Of a stretch of DNA of 64,000 nt, positions 28,767 to 39,142 are shown piece after piece. Every line of letters begins with the position of its first letter. The stretch's first letter is position 1. The notes beneath the pieces were generated by a model that was given only the letters and a program-made list of their open reading frames with translations, ran no database searches and had not been told where the DNA came from. This DNA comes from Longimicrobiales bacterium (lineage in GTDB: Bacteria; Gemmatimonadota; Gemmatimonadetes; Longimicrobiales; Gaopeijiaceae): NCBI GenBank assembly GCA_965198065.1, contig CBDAON010000004.1, positions 1,536,001 to 1,600,000 on the forward strand. The letters are read 5' to 3'. The position numbers and the translations under genes are program-made.

Positions 28767-30650
28767 ATGCGACCGAATCGCCCAGCGTTTCCTCCATCGA
28801 CGGTTTCTACGTCCCTCCTCCTTTCCGCTCTCGCGGCTTCGGCCTGTGTCCTCTGCTTCGCCCCGCACGGGGCCGCGGCGCAGGCGCCGCCGGTGTCCCG
28901 CGCCGACTCGTCCCGGTTGGTGGATGAAGCGGAGGACCTTCAGCGCGATTTCGAGCGGTTCCGCGGAAGCCGGATTCCGGTCACGGGCCTCGGGTCGGGT
29001 GGCCGGTGCGACGAGCGGATCGGACGGATCTGCATCTGGTTCGGCGGCGACGACGAGACGGATTTTCCGCCAGAGCCCCCGGAGACGACTCGGGCGCGCT
29101 TTGAGCTGATCGCCTCTCTTTTTCAGGCCGACGCGCAGATCGGGGATCCGTGGATCCTGGGGCAGCTCGTCCGCTATCTGACGGAGGCCGGCAATTACGG
29201 GAGAGCGGTCGAGGTCGCAACGGAGTGCGGTCTCGTCGAGACGTGGTGGTGTGGGGCGCTCCACGGGTACACGCTTCACGTGATGGGGGAGTTCGTCGAG
29301 TCCGAGGCGGCCTTCCGAGCCGCGATTGCCGGGCTTCCGGAAGACGAACGAGAGTGGTGGACGACGCCGGGTCGCCTCTTCACGGAAGACGGCGAGGAGG
29401 ACTTCGAGCGTGCCGACGCGAGCGAGCAAGCCCGGCTCTGGGAGCGCCTCTGGCGCTTCTCTGATCCGCTCTTCCTTCTCGAAGGAAACGACCGCCTCAC
29501 CGACCATTTTGCGAGGCTGGTCGAGGCGCGCAACACCGAGGATGCCGAGGATCCGCAGGGGCTCGGGTGGGACGACGATCTGGAGGAAACGCTGATCCGC
29601 TATGGGAGGATCATGGGGTGGAGCCGCACGCGCCCCACGCCCTCGAACCTGTTTGGCGGGGGCGGGATCCGGGACGATCGGCAGGTGGTCGGGCACCATC
29701 ACCCGCGGAGCCGGGGGTACGTCTTCCCGGAGGAGTTCATCACGGCTCCGGCCGACATCCTTCCCGAGAGCTGGATCACGGCACCCCGCGAATCGAGGAC
29801 GTGGTACGCCCCGCCGTACGCTCCTGATTTCGGCGGGCTCGAGACGCAGGTCGGACGATTCCGGAGGACGGACGAGATGCTGGTCGTCGGGGCTTATTCA
29901 CCCGCCCCGGCGGGGTTAGGGGGCCTCCGGGCTGCCCCGCCCGCCCAGAACGCGCGGCCGGACCCCTTCGACCCGTTCGGCCGGAGCCGAGCGGCTCCGG
30001 CGGCTGCCCCGACGACCACCACCAACCGGGGATCGGTCGAGAGCGGGCTGTTCCTGGTTCCCGAGGACGGAGGGGAGAGCGTCGAGATTCGGGGAAGCGA
30101 GGCCGAGGGGGTGTTCACGCTCCTGGCTCCGCCCGGGCGGTACGTGAGCAGCATAGAGGTCCTCGAGCCCGCGGCGGCGAGGGCGTGGAGGGCCCGCCAG
30201 GGGGTGGTGCAGGCCCCGGTGGTGCGGGGGGTCGTGAGCGTCTCGGATCTGGTGATCCTGAGGGAGGATGCTCCGTTTCCCACCAGCCTGGACGAGGCGA
30301 TCCCGAACGTGCGAACGGGGGTGCGGGTCCGGGGCGACGAGCGGTTCACGGTGGTGTGGGAGGTCTACGGCCTCCAGATCCAGGAACGGGTAGAGGTGAC
30401 CCTGGGGTTCACTCTCGGCCGGCCCGGCTTTCTCCAGCGGGTCGGGGAGCTTCTCGGCGTGCTGGAGCCCGATCGCCCGGTCGAGGTGACCTTCGGGGAC
30501 GCGGGTCCCGACCGGGTCCAAACCGCGTTCCGGGCGGTGGCGATCGAGCTGCCCGATCTCGACCCCGGCGAGTACACGCTCCATCTTCGGCTGGACCTCC
30601 CCGGCAGGGAGCCCGTGATCGCGAGCCGGCCGATCACCGTGGACTCGTAG
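28767..30650 (+). CDS. Exported hypothetical protein, GWxTD-domain-like
   Basis: Signal peptide; W..SDPLFL...NDR..DH.AR and GWDDDLEETLIRYG segments resemble GWxTD-type proteins. Confidence 0.6.
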   Translation: MRPNRPAFPPSTVSTSLLLSALAASACVLCFAPHGAAAQAPPVSRADSSRLVDEAEDLQRDFERFRGSRIPVTGLGSGGRCDERIGRICIWFGGDDETDFPPEPPETTRARFELIASLFQADAQIGDPWILGQLVRYLTEAGNYGRAVEVATECGLVETWWCGALHGYTLHVMGEFVESEAAFRAAIAGLPEDEREWWTTPGRLFTEDGEEDFERADASEQARLWERLWRFSDPLFLLEGNDRLTDHFARLVEARNTEDAEDPQGLGWDDDLEETLIRYGRIMGWSRTRPTPSNLFGGGGIRDDRQVVGHHHPRSRGYVFPEEFITAPADILPESWITAPRESRTWYAPPYAPDFGGLETQVGRFRRTDEMLVVGAYSPAPAGLGGLRAAPPAQNARPDPFDPFGRSRAAPAAAPTTTTNRGSVESGLFLVPEDGGESVEIRGSEAEGVFTLLAPPGRYVSSIEVLEPAAARAWRARQGVVQAPVVRGVVSVSDLVILREDAPFPTSLDEAIPNVRTGVRVRGDERFTVVWEVYGLQIQERVEVTLGFTLGRPGFLQRVGELLGVLEPDRPVEVTFGDAGPDRVQTAFRAVAIELPDLDPGEYTLHLRLDLPGREPVIASRPITVDS

Positions 30651-30701
30651 CCTCGCCACCAGCGGGGCGGAAGGGGTCGGGCCACGGGGGAACGCGGAGT
30701 C

Positions 30702-31616
30702 ATGAGCGAGCCGTCGGTCAAGATCGGGCTGGTGCAGCTCCCTGTGGGCGAGGACCGGGAGGTGGGGGTCCGCGCGCACGAAGAGGCCATCCGTGAGGCC
30801 GCGGCGAAGGGAGCGCGCATCGTTTGCCTCCAGGAGCTCTTCGACGCCCCCTACTTCTGCAAGGTCACGGACGCCGACCGCTTCGACCTGGCCGAGCCCA
30901 TCCCGGGGCCGACCGTCGAGCGGATGCAGCGGCTGGCCGCGGGCCTGGAGGTCGCCCTCATCGTACCGATGTTCGAGAGAAGGGGGGCCGGAGTCTACCA
31001 CAACTCGGCGGCGGTGCTGGACGCCGACGGGTCCCTGCTCGGCGTGTATCGCAAGATGCACATCCCGGACGATCCGCTTTACCACGAGAAGTACTACTTC
31101 ACTCCGGGGGAGATATACCACCACGGAGCGTCTCCCAGCGGCGCCGCCGGATTCCGCGTATTCGACACGCGCTTCGCACGGATCGGGGTGCTCATCTGCT
31201 GGGACCAGTGGTATCCGGAGGCCGCGCGGATCACGGCTCTCATGGGAGCCCAGGTGCTCTTTTATCCAACTGCGATCGGATGGCACCCGTCCGAAAAGGC
31301 GGAGTGGGGCACGGCGCAAGCCGACGCCTGGAGGACGATCCAGCGGGGCCACGCGATCGCCAACGGTGTCTACGTGGCGGCGGCGAACCGGATCGGACAC
31401 GAGCCGGAGCCCGGGACGGACGGGCTCGAGTTCTTCGGGCATTCCTTCGTGTCGGATCCCTTCGGCAGGGTGATCGCCGAGGCCGGGACGGAGCCGGCCG
31501 TTCTGGTGGCCGAGTGCGATCCCGCGCTGATCGAGCACACCCGCCGGAACTGGCCGTTTCTCCGCGACCGCCGAATCGACGCGTACGGCGGAATATTGAG
31601 CCGTTACCTATCCTGA
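30702..31616 (+). CDS. aguB: N-carbamoylputrescine amidase (carbon-nitrogen hydrolase)
   Basis: CLQELF, YRKMHIPDDP..EKYYF, ICWDQWYPE, YPTAIGW; adjacent to agmatine deiminase. Confidence 0.88.
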   Translation: MSEPSVKIGLVQLPVGEDREVGVRAHEEAIREAAAKGARIVCLQELFDAPYFCKVTDADRFDLAEPIPGPTVERMQRLAAGLEVALIVPMFERRGAGVYHNSAAVLDADGSLLGVYRKMHIPDDPLYHEKYYFTPGEIYHHGASPSGAAGFRVFDTRFARIGVLICWDQWYPEAARITALMGAQVLFYPTAIGWHPSEKAEWGTAQADAWRTIQRGHAIANGVYVAAANRIGHEPEPGTDGLEFFGHSFVSDPFGRVIAEAGTEPAVLVAECDPALIEHTRRNWPFLRDRRIDAYGGILSRYLS

Positions 31617-31629
31617 TGGGCTCGTCGTA

Positions 31630-32736
31630 GTGGGCTCGCCGACGGAGCGGCGCGTCCGTCGAGCGTCGGGAACAAGCGTGAGCCCGCCCGTGAGCTCGAT
31701 GACGCGCCGCTGGCCGGCGGAGTGGGAGCCGCACGAGGCCACGTGGATCGCGTGGCCCCACCACGTCTCCGACTGGCCCGGGAAGTTCGAGACGATCCCC
31801 TGGGTCTACGCCGAGATCGTACGAGCACTCCACCGGCGGGAGCCCGTCCGGATCCTCAGCCCAGACAGCGCGACGGAGGCCTCGGCCCGTGAGACCCTCG
31901 TTGCGCACGGCACGGACCTTGGACGCTGCTCGTTCCACCTGGTGCCCACTGATCGGTCTTGGCTCAGGGACTCGGCGCCGACCGGAGTGCTGGGGGCGGG
32001 CGGCGTCGAGTGGATCGGCTGGGCGTTCAACGCCTGGGCAAAGTATGAGAACTTCGAGCGAGATACCCTCGTTCCGGTGGCCGTCGCCGATCTGACGGGC
32101 CGCCCGCTCGTTCGCGCCGAGCGCCCCGACACCGGGGGCGCGCTCGTGCTCGAGGGCGGCGGGATAGAGACGGACGGTCGGGGCGGCCTCCTCGTCACGG
32201 AGGAGTGGCTCCTCTCGAGCGTGCAGGTCCGAAACCCGGGGATGACTCGCGAAGCGTACGAAGCGGCCTTCCAGGAGTACCTGGGCACGGAGCGCACGAT
32301 CTGGCTCGGCGAGGGGGCGGTGGGCGACGACACGCACGGTCACGTGGACGACGTCGCCCGGTTCGTGGAGTCCCACACGGTGGTCGTGGCCCACGAGGCC
32401 GATCCGTCCGACGAGAATCACCGACGGACGGCCGACAACCTCCGGCGCCTGGAGCTGGCCGGGAGGACGTGGCCGGGGGGGCTCGAGGTCGTGACGCTCC
32501 CCTTCCCCGAGCCCGTGATCGTGGACGGGGAGCGGCTACCGGCGAGCTACGCCAACTTCTACGTCGCGAACGGGCTCGTGCTGGTCCCTACCTTCGACGA
32601 CCCGGCCGATCGCGTCGCGCTCGCGACGCTCTCGGAGCTCTTCCCGGAGCGCTCAGTCGTGGGGATCCACTCCGTGGATCTGGTGTGGGGACTCGGGGCC
32701 CTGCACTGCGTCACTCAGCAGCAGCCGGCGGCGTAA
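31630..32736 (+). CDS. aguA: Agmatine deiminase
   Basis: PAEWEPH, WLRDS, LEGGGIETDG, DDTHGHVD, ASYANFY, GALHCVTQQQP. Confidence 0.93.
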   Translation: MGSPTERRVRRASGTSVSPPVSSMTRRWPAEWEPHEATWIAWPHHVSDWPGKFETIPWVYAEIVRALHRREPVRILSPDSATEASARETLVAHGTDLGRCSFHLVPTDRSWLRDSAPTGVLGAGGVEWIGWAFNAWAKYENFERDTLVPVAVADLTGRPLVRAERPDTGGALVLEGGGIETDGRGGLLVTEEWLLSSVQVRNPGMTREAYEAAFQEYLGTERTIWLGEGAVGDDTHGHVDDVARFVESHTVVVAHEADPSDENHRRTADNLRRLELAGRTWPGGLEVVTLPFPEPVIVDGERLPASYANFYVANGLVLVPTFDDPADRVALATLSELFPERSVVGIHSVDLVWGLGALHCVTQQQPAA

Positions 32737-34277
32737 CGCGGGACGACAAGCCGCCCCCCAGGAACCTCAGGAACGCGACGTTGTCGGACTCGATCACGTA
32801 GGGGTGGCCAAGAGTGTCCAGAAAGGTGCGGAACTCCCCTCGCTCCTCCTCGGGCACCTCGAACGCGGCGAGCACGCGCCCGCAATCCGCGCCATGGTTC
32901 CGGTAGTGGAAGAGCGAGATGTTCCATCGCCCGCTCAGCATGTCGAGAAAGGTCATGAGGGCGCCCGGCCGCTCCGGAAACTCGAAGCGACACGCGATCT
33001 CGCTCGTCACGTCTAGGGGGGCATGACCGCCCACCATGTACCGCACGTGGAGCTTCGCGAGCTCGTTCTCGGTGAGGTCCTCGGCCCTGTAGCCCGCTTC
33101 GTTCAGCCGCCGACTCAGGTCCGCCGCGTCCTGGTGGGACTCAACGTTCAGGCCCACGAACACCTGCGCCGCTTCACGGCTGGAGAGGCGATAGTTGAAC
33201 TCCGTGATCACCTTGCGGCCGATTTTCGAGCAAAACTCGCGGAAGGCTCCCGGCCGCTCCGGGATCGTCACCGCGAAGAGCCGCTCCCGAGTCTCGCCCA
33301 GCTCCGCTCGCTCCACGACGTAGCGGAGCCGGTCGAAGTTCATGTTTGCGCCGCTGAGGATTGCGACCAGACGCTTTCCCCGTGATCCTGTCGCCTCGAT
33401 CCACCGCTTCATTCCCGCGACCGCCAGTGCTCCGGCGGGCTCCATGATCGAGCGCGTCTGGTGGAACACGTCCCTGATGGCCGCGCAGATCTCGTCGTTG
33501 GTCACGAACAACCTCGTGCACGGTGGCTTGGGCAATCTCGAAGCAGAGCTCGCCCACCTCCTGCACCGCGACGCCGTCGGCGAAGATGCCGACGTGGTCG
33601 AGTCTCACGCGCCTTCCGGCCTCGAGGGACCGATAGAGCGCGTCCGCCTCGAAGGGCTGGACGCCTACGATCTTCACGGACGGCGCAAGGTGTTGGAAGT
33701 AGCTCCCGATCCCGGCGATCAGCCCGCCCCCGCCGACCGGAACGAAGATCGCGTGGAGGTCGCCGCCGTAGCGGAGGATCTCGATGGCGATCGTGCCCTG
33801 TCCCGCGATCACGAGCGGGTCGTCGAACGGGTGGATGAAGGTGAGGCCGCTCTCTGACCGAAGCTCGTCACACTTCGCCTTGGCCTCGGGAAAGGCGTCT
33901 CCCGCCAGAACAACGTCGGCCCTCATTTCCCGAACGGCTTCGACCTTGATCCGCGGCGTGGTCTCGGGCATCACGATCGTGGCCCCGATCCCCAGGTGCC
34001 GCGCGGAGTAGGCCACACCCTGCGCGTGGTTGCCAGCGCTCGCTGCGATGACCCCCCGCGCTCGCTCTTCGGGCCCCAGCCTGGCCATCCGGTTGTACGC
34101 CCCACGGAGCTTGAAGCTGAACACGGGCTGGAGATCCTCCCGCTTGAGCAGAACGGCGCTCCCGGTCGAGGCGGAGAGACGCGGCGCGTCGTCGAGAGGG
34201 GTCTCTCGAGCGACCTCGTAGACGCGGCTCGTCAGGATCTCCCGGAAGAGATCCGTCGCTGTGCTCGGCGGGGTCAT
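32711..34277 (-). pseudogene. ilvA: Biosynthetic threonine dehydratase, frameshifted
   Basis: KREDLQPVFSFKLRGAYN, ASAGNHAQG, PVGGGG in one frame; VTNDEICAAI..EPAGAL..SGANMNF..ACT domains in another; shift near 33505. Confidence 0.85.
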
Positions 34278-34387
34278 CGGCCTCCTTCGGGGGTACTCGC
34301 CCGGATGGGGGCGAGGACCAAACATAGGGGGAGAACCATCAAGCGCCCATCAGGCGCGCGTTACTTCCGCCAGCGTTCGGGGGGCCG

Positions 34388-34864
34388 GTGATTTTCCGCC
34401 TCGGCTGCCTGTTCGTTCTCATCCCGCTGCTGGAGTTGGTGATCCTGATTCGGATCGGCCAGGGCGTGGGCCTCCTCCCGACGGTCGCGCTCGTGGCCGG
34501 CACAGGTTTCGTCGGGGCCTTCTTGGCACGGCGGGAGGGGCTCCGGGTGATCCGAGCAGTCCAGGGCGAGCTCGCCTCCGGAAAGCTTCCCACCCGGTCG
34601 CTTCTGCACGCGGCGGCCGTCCTCGTCGGGGGTGCGCTGCTCCTCACGCCCGGGATCGTCACGGACCTGGCCGGTCTGGGCCTTCTCCTGCCCCCGACGC
34701 GGCGCTTGTTTTCCTCCTGGGTACGGTCGAGAATGGCGCGGGCCCTGGAGAGCGGGACGCTCCGCGTCAACGTGTGGGAGCCGGGCGGGCGGCGTTCCGG
34801 GGCCGATCCGGGGCCGCCCGATTCGGCGACCGGCCCGAGGAAGGGGGAGATCATACAGGAGTAG
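34388..34864 (+). CDS. fxsA: FxsA family membrane protein
   Basis: FVLIPLLEL..IG..G...REG...GGALLLTPGIVTD. Confidence 0.9.
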   Translation: MIFRLGCLFVLIPLLELVILIRIGQGVGLLPTVALVAGTGFVGAFLARREGLRVIRAVQGELASGKLPTRSLLHAAAVLVGGALLLTPGIVTDLAGLGLLLPPTRRLFSSWVRSRMARALESGTLRVNVWEPGGRRSGADPGPPDSATGPRKGEIIQE

Positions 34865-34918
34865 TGGTTCCGGGTGGGCCGGCGGGCCCACGCTCATCAG
34901 CGATGGAGGGAGGCGGCG

Positions 34919-35989
34919 ATGGGAGATCGGGTGGAGTTTCTGGAGAGGCTGCTCGAGGCACCCGGACCCTCGGGCTTCGAGTCCCGCCCTGCCCGCGTCT
35001 GGCGAACGGAGGCCGCCTCCTTTGCCGAGCCCGTCTGGGCCGATGTGCACGGCAACTCCTTCGCGGCGGTGGGCTGGGAGCGGAGGCCGAGGGTCATGCT
35101 GGCCGGCCACGTGGACGAGATCGGTCTCCAGGTGACCCACGTGGACGAGAAGGGATTCGTGTTCCTGGACACGATCGGGGGGTGGGATCCCCAGGTGCTA
35201 GTAGGTCAGCGCGTGCGGATCCTGGGCCGGAAGGGAGACGTGCCGGCAGTGGTGGGCAAGAAGCCGATCCATCTGATCAAGCCCGAGGACCGGAAGAAGG
35301 TGACCGAGATCCAGGAGGTATGGCTGGACCTGGGCGCTTCGTCGGCGGAGGAAGTGGCATCGCTCGGCGTCCGGGTGGGGGATCCGATGGTCCTAGACGC
35401 GCCCTTTCTGCGGCTCCATGGTGACCGCATCGCGTCCCGGGCCATCGACGACCGGGTCGGCGCTTACGTCGTGCTCGAGGCCTTGAGGCTCCTGGCCGAG
35501 GATCCGGCGCCCCACGCCGGCGCGGTGGCCGTCGCCACGGTTCAGGAAGAGATCGGTTACACCGGCGGCGGTGCGCGGAGCTCGGCCTTCCAGCTCGAGC
35601 CGGATGCGGCGGTGGTCGTGGACGTCACGTTCTCCACGGACGTACCCGATGCGAGCAAAAAGGAGCACGGAGAGCACACGGTCGGGGGCGGCCCGGTCCT
35701 CAGCCGGGGGTCGGCCATTCACCCGTTGGTCTTTGATCGGCTGATCGAGGTGGGAGAGAGCGAGAAGATCCCGTGCACGATTCAGGCCGCGCCTCGTGCC
35801 AGCCGTACGGACGCCGACGGGATCTTCCTCGTCCGGGCCGGCGTCCCCACGGGGCTCGTTTCCATTCCGAACCGCTACATGCACTCGCCCAACGAGGTCG
35901 TATCCATCGAGGATCTGCGGCGAGCGGCTCTTCTCCTCGCGGGATTCGTTCGCAGCCTGAAGGCCGATCACAGCTTCGTTCAGGACTGA
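34919..35989 (+). CDS. M42 family metallo-aminopeptidase
   Basis: GPSGFE, AGHVDEIG, IGGWDP, AIDDRVG, TVQEEIG, TDAD, RYMHSPNE. Confidence 0.93.
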   Translation: MGDRVEFLERLLEAPGPSGFESRPARVWRTEAASFAEPVWADVHGNSFAAVGWERRPRVMLAGHVDEIGLQVTHVDEKGFVFLDTIGGWDPQVLVGQRVRILGRKGDVPAVVGKKPIHLIKPEDRKKVTEIQEVWLDLGASSAEEVASLGVRVGDPMVLDAPFLRLHGDRIASRAIDDRVGAYVVLEALRLLAEDPAPHAGAVAVATVQEEIGYTGGGARSSAFQLEPDAAVVVDVTFSTDVPDASKKEHGEHTVGGGPVLSRGSAIHPLVFDRLIEVGESEKIPCTIQAAPRASRTDADGIFLVRAGVPTGLVSIPNRYMHSPNEVVSIEDLRRAALLLAGFVRSLKADHSFVQD

Positions 35990-36056
35990 TCGCTGCCCCG
36001 TGGCGTGCACCTGGAGTGGGCTGCCGGCGGCCGACCCGGATGCTTCGGCGGGGTCT

Positions 36057-37040
36057 CTATTCGGCAAGCGCTCCACGAGAGACGGGGCGCGAGGAGGCCT
36101 CCACGAGCCTCGACGCGCCCAGGAAGATGACACCGAGCCACAGGAGGTCGGCCAGGAAGAGGTGGAGAAGACGGAGCTGCACGGGCTGCAGCAGGAGGAT
36201 CGTGAGCGGTCCGATCACGAGCTGGGCCACGGCGAGCGCGCTCACGCCCGAGGCGATTGCCGACGTGGCCCGATCGGGAGCGCTTCGGCGGGCCGCGACC
36301 GCGAGTCGGAACAGCAGGTAGACCGCCCCGATCGCCACCGCGGGATGGAATATCCTTAGATAGATAAGCACGTGCTCCGGATCGACGTATTGCCCCGCAC
36401 CCTCCGAGAGGCTCTCGGCCGGGAACGCAGTCGTGGCGAGCCCCACCCAGGTGCCGCTCCAGGCGAGCGCGAGCACGGCGAGGCCGGCCAGGACCACCGG
36501 GCGGGCGCGGGGCTCCCAGAGCGACATGGCCCGGGCGACCCCGAGGTGGGCCCACCAGGCGGTGAGCCCCAGGGCGGCCATCAAGAGGAAGGTGTTCGTC
36601 ACGTGGAAGGGGCGGATCATGAGCCTCGCGGTCGAGACATCCGCCGCGACCAGGCCGAAGACCACGAGCACCGCCCCGAACGCGGACTCCGTTAGCGTGA
36701 AGAGTAAGGACCAGCCGGCAGCGCGACGAACCAGATGCCCCCGCGGATGCACGCGGAAGGCCCACACGGCCATGGCGGCGACAAGGACGAGAACGAGCCC
36801 CGAGGAGACGCGATGTCCGAACTCGACCCAGGTGGGAAAGGCCGCTCCCAAGGGAAGGGCTCCGCCGTTGCAGAGCGGCCAGTCCGTGCCGCATCCGTCC
36901 CCTGATTCTGAGAGGCGTAGGAAATACCCCCACAGGATCACGACCAGGGAGTACGCCAGAACGCCCCAGGCGAAACGGGGGAAGCCCCGGTCGCCCGAGC
37001 GCCGGAAGGGGGCAAGATCTCGCGTTGACGCTGTCTCCAA
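36057..37040 (-). CDS. ctaA: Heme A synthase (COX15/CtaA family)
   Basis: SGDGCGTDWPLCNG, EFGHR, multiple TMs, HLFLAD. Confidence 0.85.
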   Translation of the reverse strand: METASTRDLAPFRRSGDRGFPRFAWGVLAYSLVVILWGYFLRLSESGDGCGTDWPLCNGGALPLGAAFPTWVEFGHRVSSGLVLVLVAAMAVWAFRVHPRGHLVRRAAGWSLLFTLTESAFGAVLVVFGLVAADVSTARLMIRPFHVTNTFLLMAALGLTAWWAHLGVARAMSLWEPRARPVVLAGLAVLALAWSGTWVGLATTAFPAESLSEGAGQYVDPEHVLIYLRIFHPAVAIGAVYLLFRLAVAARRSAPDRATSAIASGVSALAVAQLVIGPLTILLLQPVQLRLLHLFLADLLWLGVIFLGASRLVEASSRPVSRGALAE

Positions 37041-37152
37041 GGGACGGTTAAACTAACGATTCCCGCGCGTCCCCGACCAGGTGAGGGTAGGGGCGCTTGG
37101 CCCGTCCTCGGCGGTGCCTGCCTCCCCGCAAACCGGCAACGGGATCCATCGA

Positions 37153-37623
37153 ATGGTCGAGGCCAAAGAGCTCGTGAAGGACCTTCAGGAGATGCGCGAC
37201 CAGGGCTACCTCGCGGACGCCCTCCTGCGCAAGGCGGTCACGACGATCGCGGCGGCGGACGATCGCTACGACTGGGTTGGCGCGTATCTGCTCCGCGAGG
37301 ACGGACAGTCGCTCTGGCTCCACAACTACGTCGGGCCCGCCGCCGAGCACTCGGAGATATCAGTGGGACAGGGAGTGTGCGGGACGGCGATCGAAGAGCG
37401 TGAGAACCAGAACGTGCCCGACGTCTCCGTGGTGGAGAACTATCTCCCGTGCAGCCCCGACGTTCAGTCCGAGCTGGTCGTGCTCATCCGGGCCGGTGAC
37501 GACGTTCTGGGCGAGCTCGACGTCAACAGCGAGCATCTCGCGGCCTTTGAGGCCGAGGACGAGTCGGCGCTCCAGGCCGTCGCGGACAAGCTCGCCGAGC
37601 AGCTCGCCGCAGAGCGCCGCTGA
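37153..37623 (+). CDS. GAF-domain protein (free methionine-R-sulfoxide reductase-like)
   Basis: DWVGAY, GQGVCGTA, VPDV..NYLPC...SELVV..ELDVNS. Confidence 0.85.
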   Translation: MVEAKELVKDLQEMRDQGYLADALLRKAVTTIAAADDRYDWVGAYLLREDGQSLWLHNYVGPAAEHSEISVGQGVCGTAIEERENQNVPDVSVVENYLPCSPDVQSELVVLIRAGDDVLGELDVNSEHLAAFEAEDESALQAVADKLAEQLAAERR

Positions 37624-37645
37624 CGGGCCTCCCGTCCAACCCCAG

Positions 37646-39142
37646 GTGACTCCCATCGCAGCACCCGCACACACCCTGGACGCATCTCTCGTCCGGCGGC
37701 TACGCGCAGTCGTCGGGGGGGAGGGGGTATTCGTGGACCGGGATCGGCTCCTGGTCTACGAGTCGGATGGCCTCACGCAGTATCGTCACCCGCCTTCCGC
37801 GGTGGTACTTCCCCGCACGACCGACGAGCTGAGCCGCGTCTTGGCTCTCCTCCATGCCGAGGGCCGGGTCTTCGTGGCGCGGGGGTCGGGCACGGGACTG
37901 AGTGGCGGAGCACTCGCGATCGAGGGGGCGGTGCTCGTCGGGACCGCGCGCATGAACCGGATCCTCGAGATCGACCCGGAGAACCGGAGGGCGCGCGTTC
38001 AGCCGGGCGTCATAAACTCGGAGCTCACCCAGGCCACGCTTCCCCAGGGGCTCATTTACGCCCCGGATCCCTCGTCCCAGACCGCCTGCACGCTGGGGGG
38101 GAACGTCGCCGAGAACTCCGGCGGACCACACTGCCTGAAGTACGGCGTCACGAGCCGGTACGTGACGGGCCTCACTGTCGTGCTCCCCGACGGGGAGGTC
38201 GTCGAGCTCGGGGGTTTGGAGAGCGAAGAGGATGGGCTCGACCTCGTCGGCCCTTTCGTGGGCTCGGAGGGGTGCTTTGGGATGGCGGCGGAGATCGAGC
38301 TCGCGCTCATACCGGAGGCGGAGGGGGTCCGCACCTTGCTCGGGATCTTCGACTCGATGGAAGCGGCCGGGCGGGCCGTGACGGACATCATGGCCCGGGG
38401 GCTCCTCCCCGCGGCCCTCGAGATCGTGGACGCCGCGACGATCCGCGCGGTCGAGGCGTCGATCTTTGCTGCGGGATATCCGACGGACGCGGCCGCGGCC
38501 CTCGTGGTGGAGGTGGACGGCGTGGACGCGGCGTTGGACGAGGAGGTCCGGATCGCCGATTCCTGCTGCCACGCCGCCGGGGGGCGCGAGGTCAGGATCG
38601 CCGCGAACACGGAGGAGCGCCTGGCTCTCTGGAGGGGGAGGAAGAAGGCGTTCGGCGCGATGGGGAGGCTCGCCCCCGACCTCCTGGTCCAAGATGCGAC
38701 CGTGCCTCGAACCCGCCTTCCCGAGGTGCTCGGGCAGGTCGCCGAGATCGGTGAGAGGTACGGGATCCTCGTTGCGAACGTCTTCCACGCCGGGGACGGA
38801 AATCTCCACCCTAACTTCCTCTTCGATCGACGGGATCCAGAGCAGCTGAAGCGGGTCGAGGCCGCGTCGAAGGAGATCATGGAAATCTGCGTCCGTGCGG
38901 GGGGGACGATCACCGGGGAGCACGGCGTGGGGGTGGACAAGCGGCGATACATGCCTCTCGTGTGCTCGCCCGAGGTGCTCGAGGCGATGGCCCGCGTGAA
39001 GGAGGCGTTCGATCCGCTCGGGCGCTCGAACCCCGGGAAGGTCCTGCCGGACGGGTATGGCCCCGTCCGGCCGGGGCCGGCCCCCGCCGTGGCCACCACC
39101 GACACGCCCGCACGGCAGGAAGCGACCCGGAGCACGAGGTGA
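37646..39142 (+). CDS. glcD: FAD-linked oxidase, glycolate oxidase subunit GlcD-like
   Basis: RGSGTGLSGG, APDPSSQ, AENSGGPHCLKYG, GSEG, HAGDGNLH, GEHGVG. Confidence 0.9.
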   Translation: MTPIAAPAHTLDASLVRRLRAVVGGEGVFVDRDRLLVYESDGLTQYRHPPSAVVLPRTTDELSRVLALLHAEGRVFVARGSGTGLSGGALAIEGAVLVGTARMNRILEIDPENRRARVQPGVINSELTQATLPQGLIYAPDPSSQTACTLGGNVAENSGGPHCLKYGVTSRYVTGLTVVLPDGEVVELGGLESEEDGLDLVGPFVGSEGCFGMAAEIELALIPEAEGVRTLLGIFDSMEAAGRAVTDIMARGLLPAALEIVDAATIRAVEASIFAAGYPTDAAAALVVEVDGVDAALDEEVRIADSCCHAAGGREVRIAANTEERLALWRGRKKAFGAMGRLAPDLLVQDATVPRTRLPEVLGQVAEIGERYGILVANVFHAGDGNLHPNFLFDRRDPEQLKRVEAASKEIMEICVRAGGTITGEHGVGVDKRRYMPLVCSPEVLEAMARVKEAFDPLGRSNPGKVLPDGYGPVRPGPAPAVATTDTPARQEATRSTR

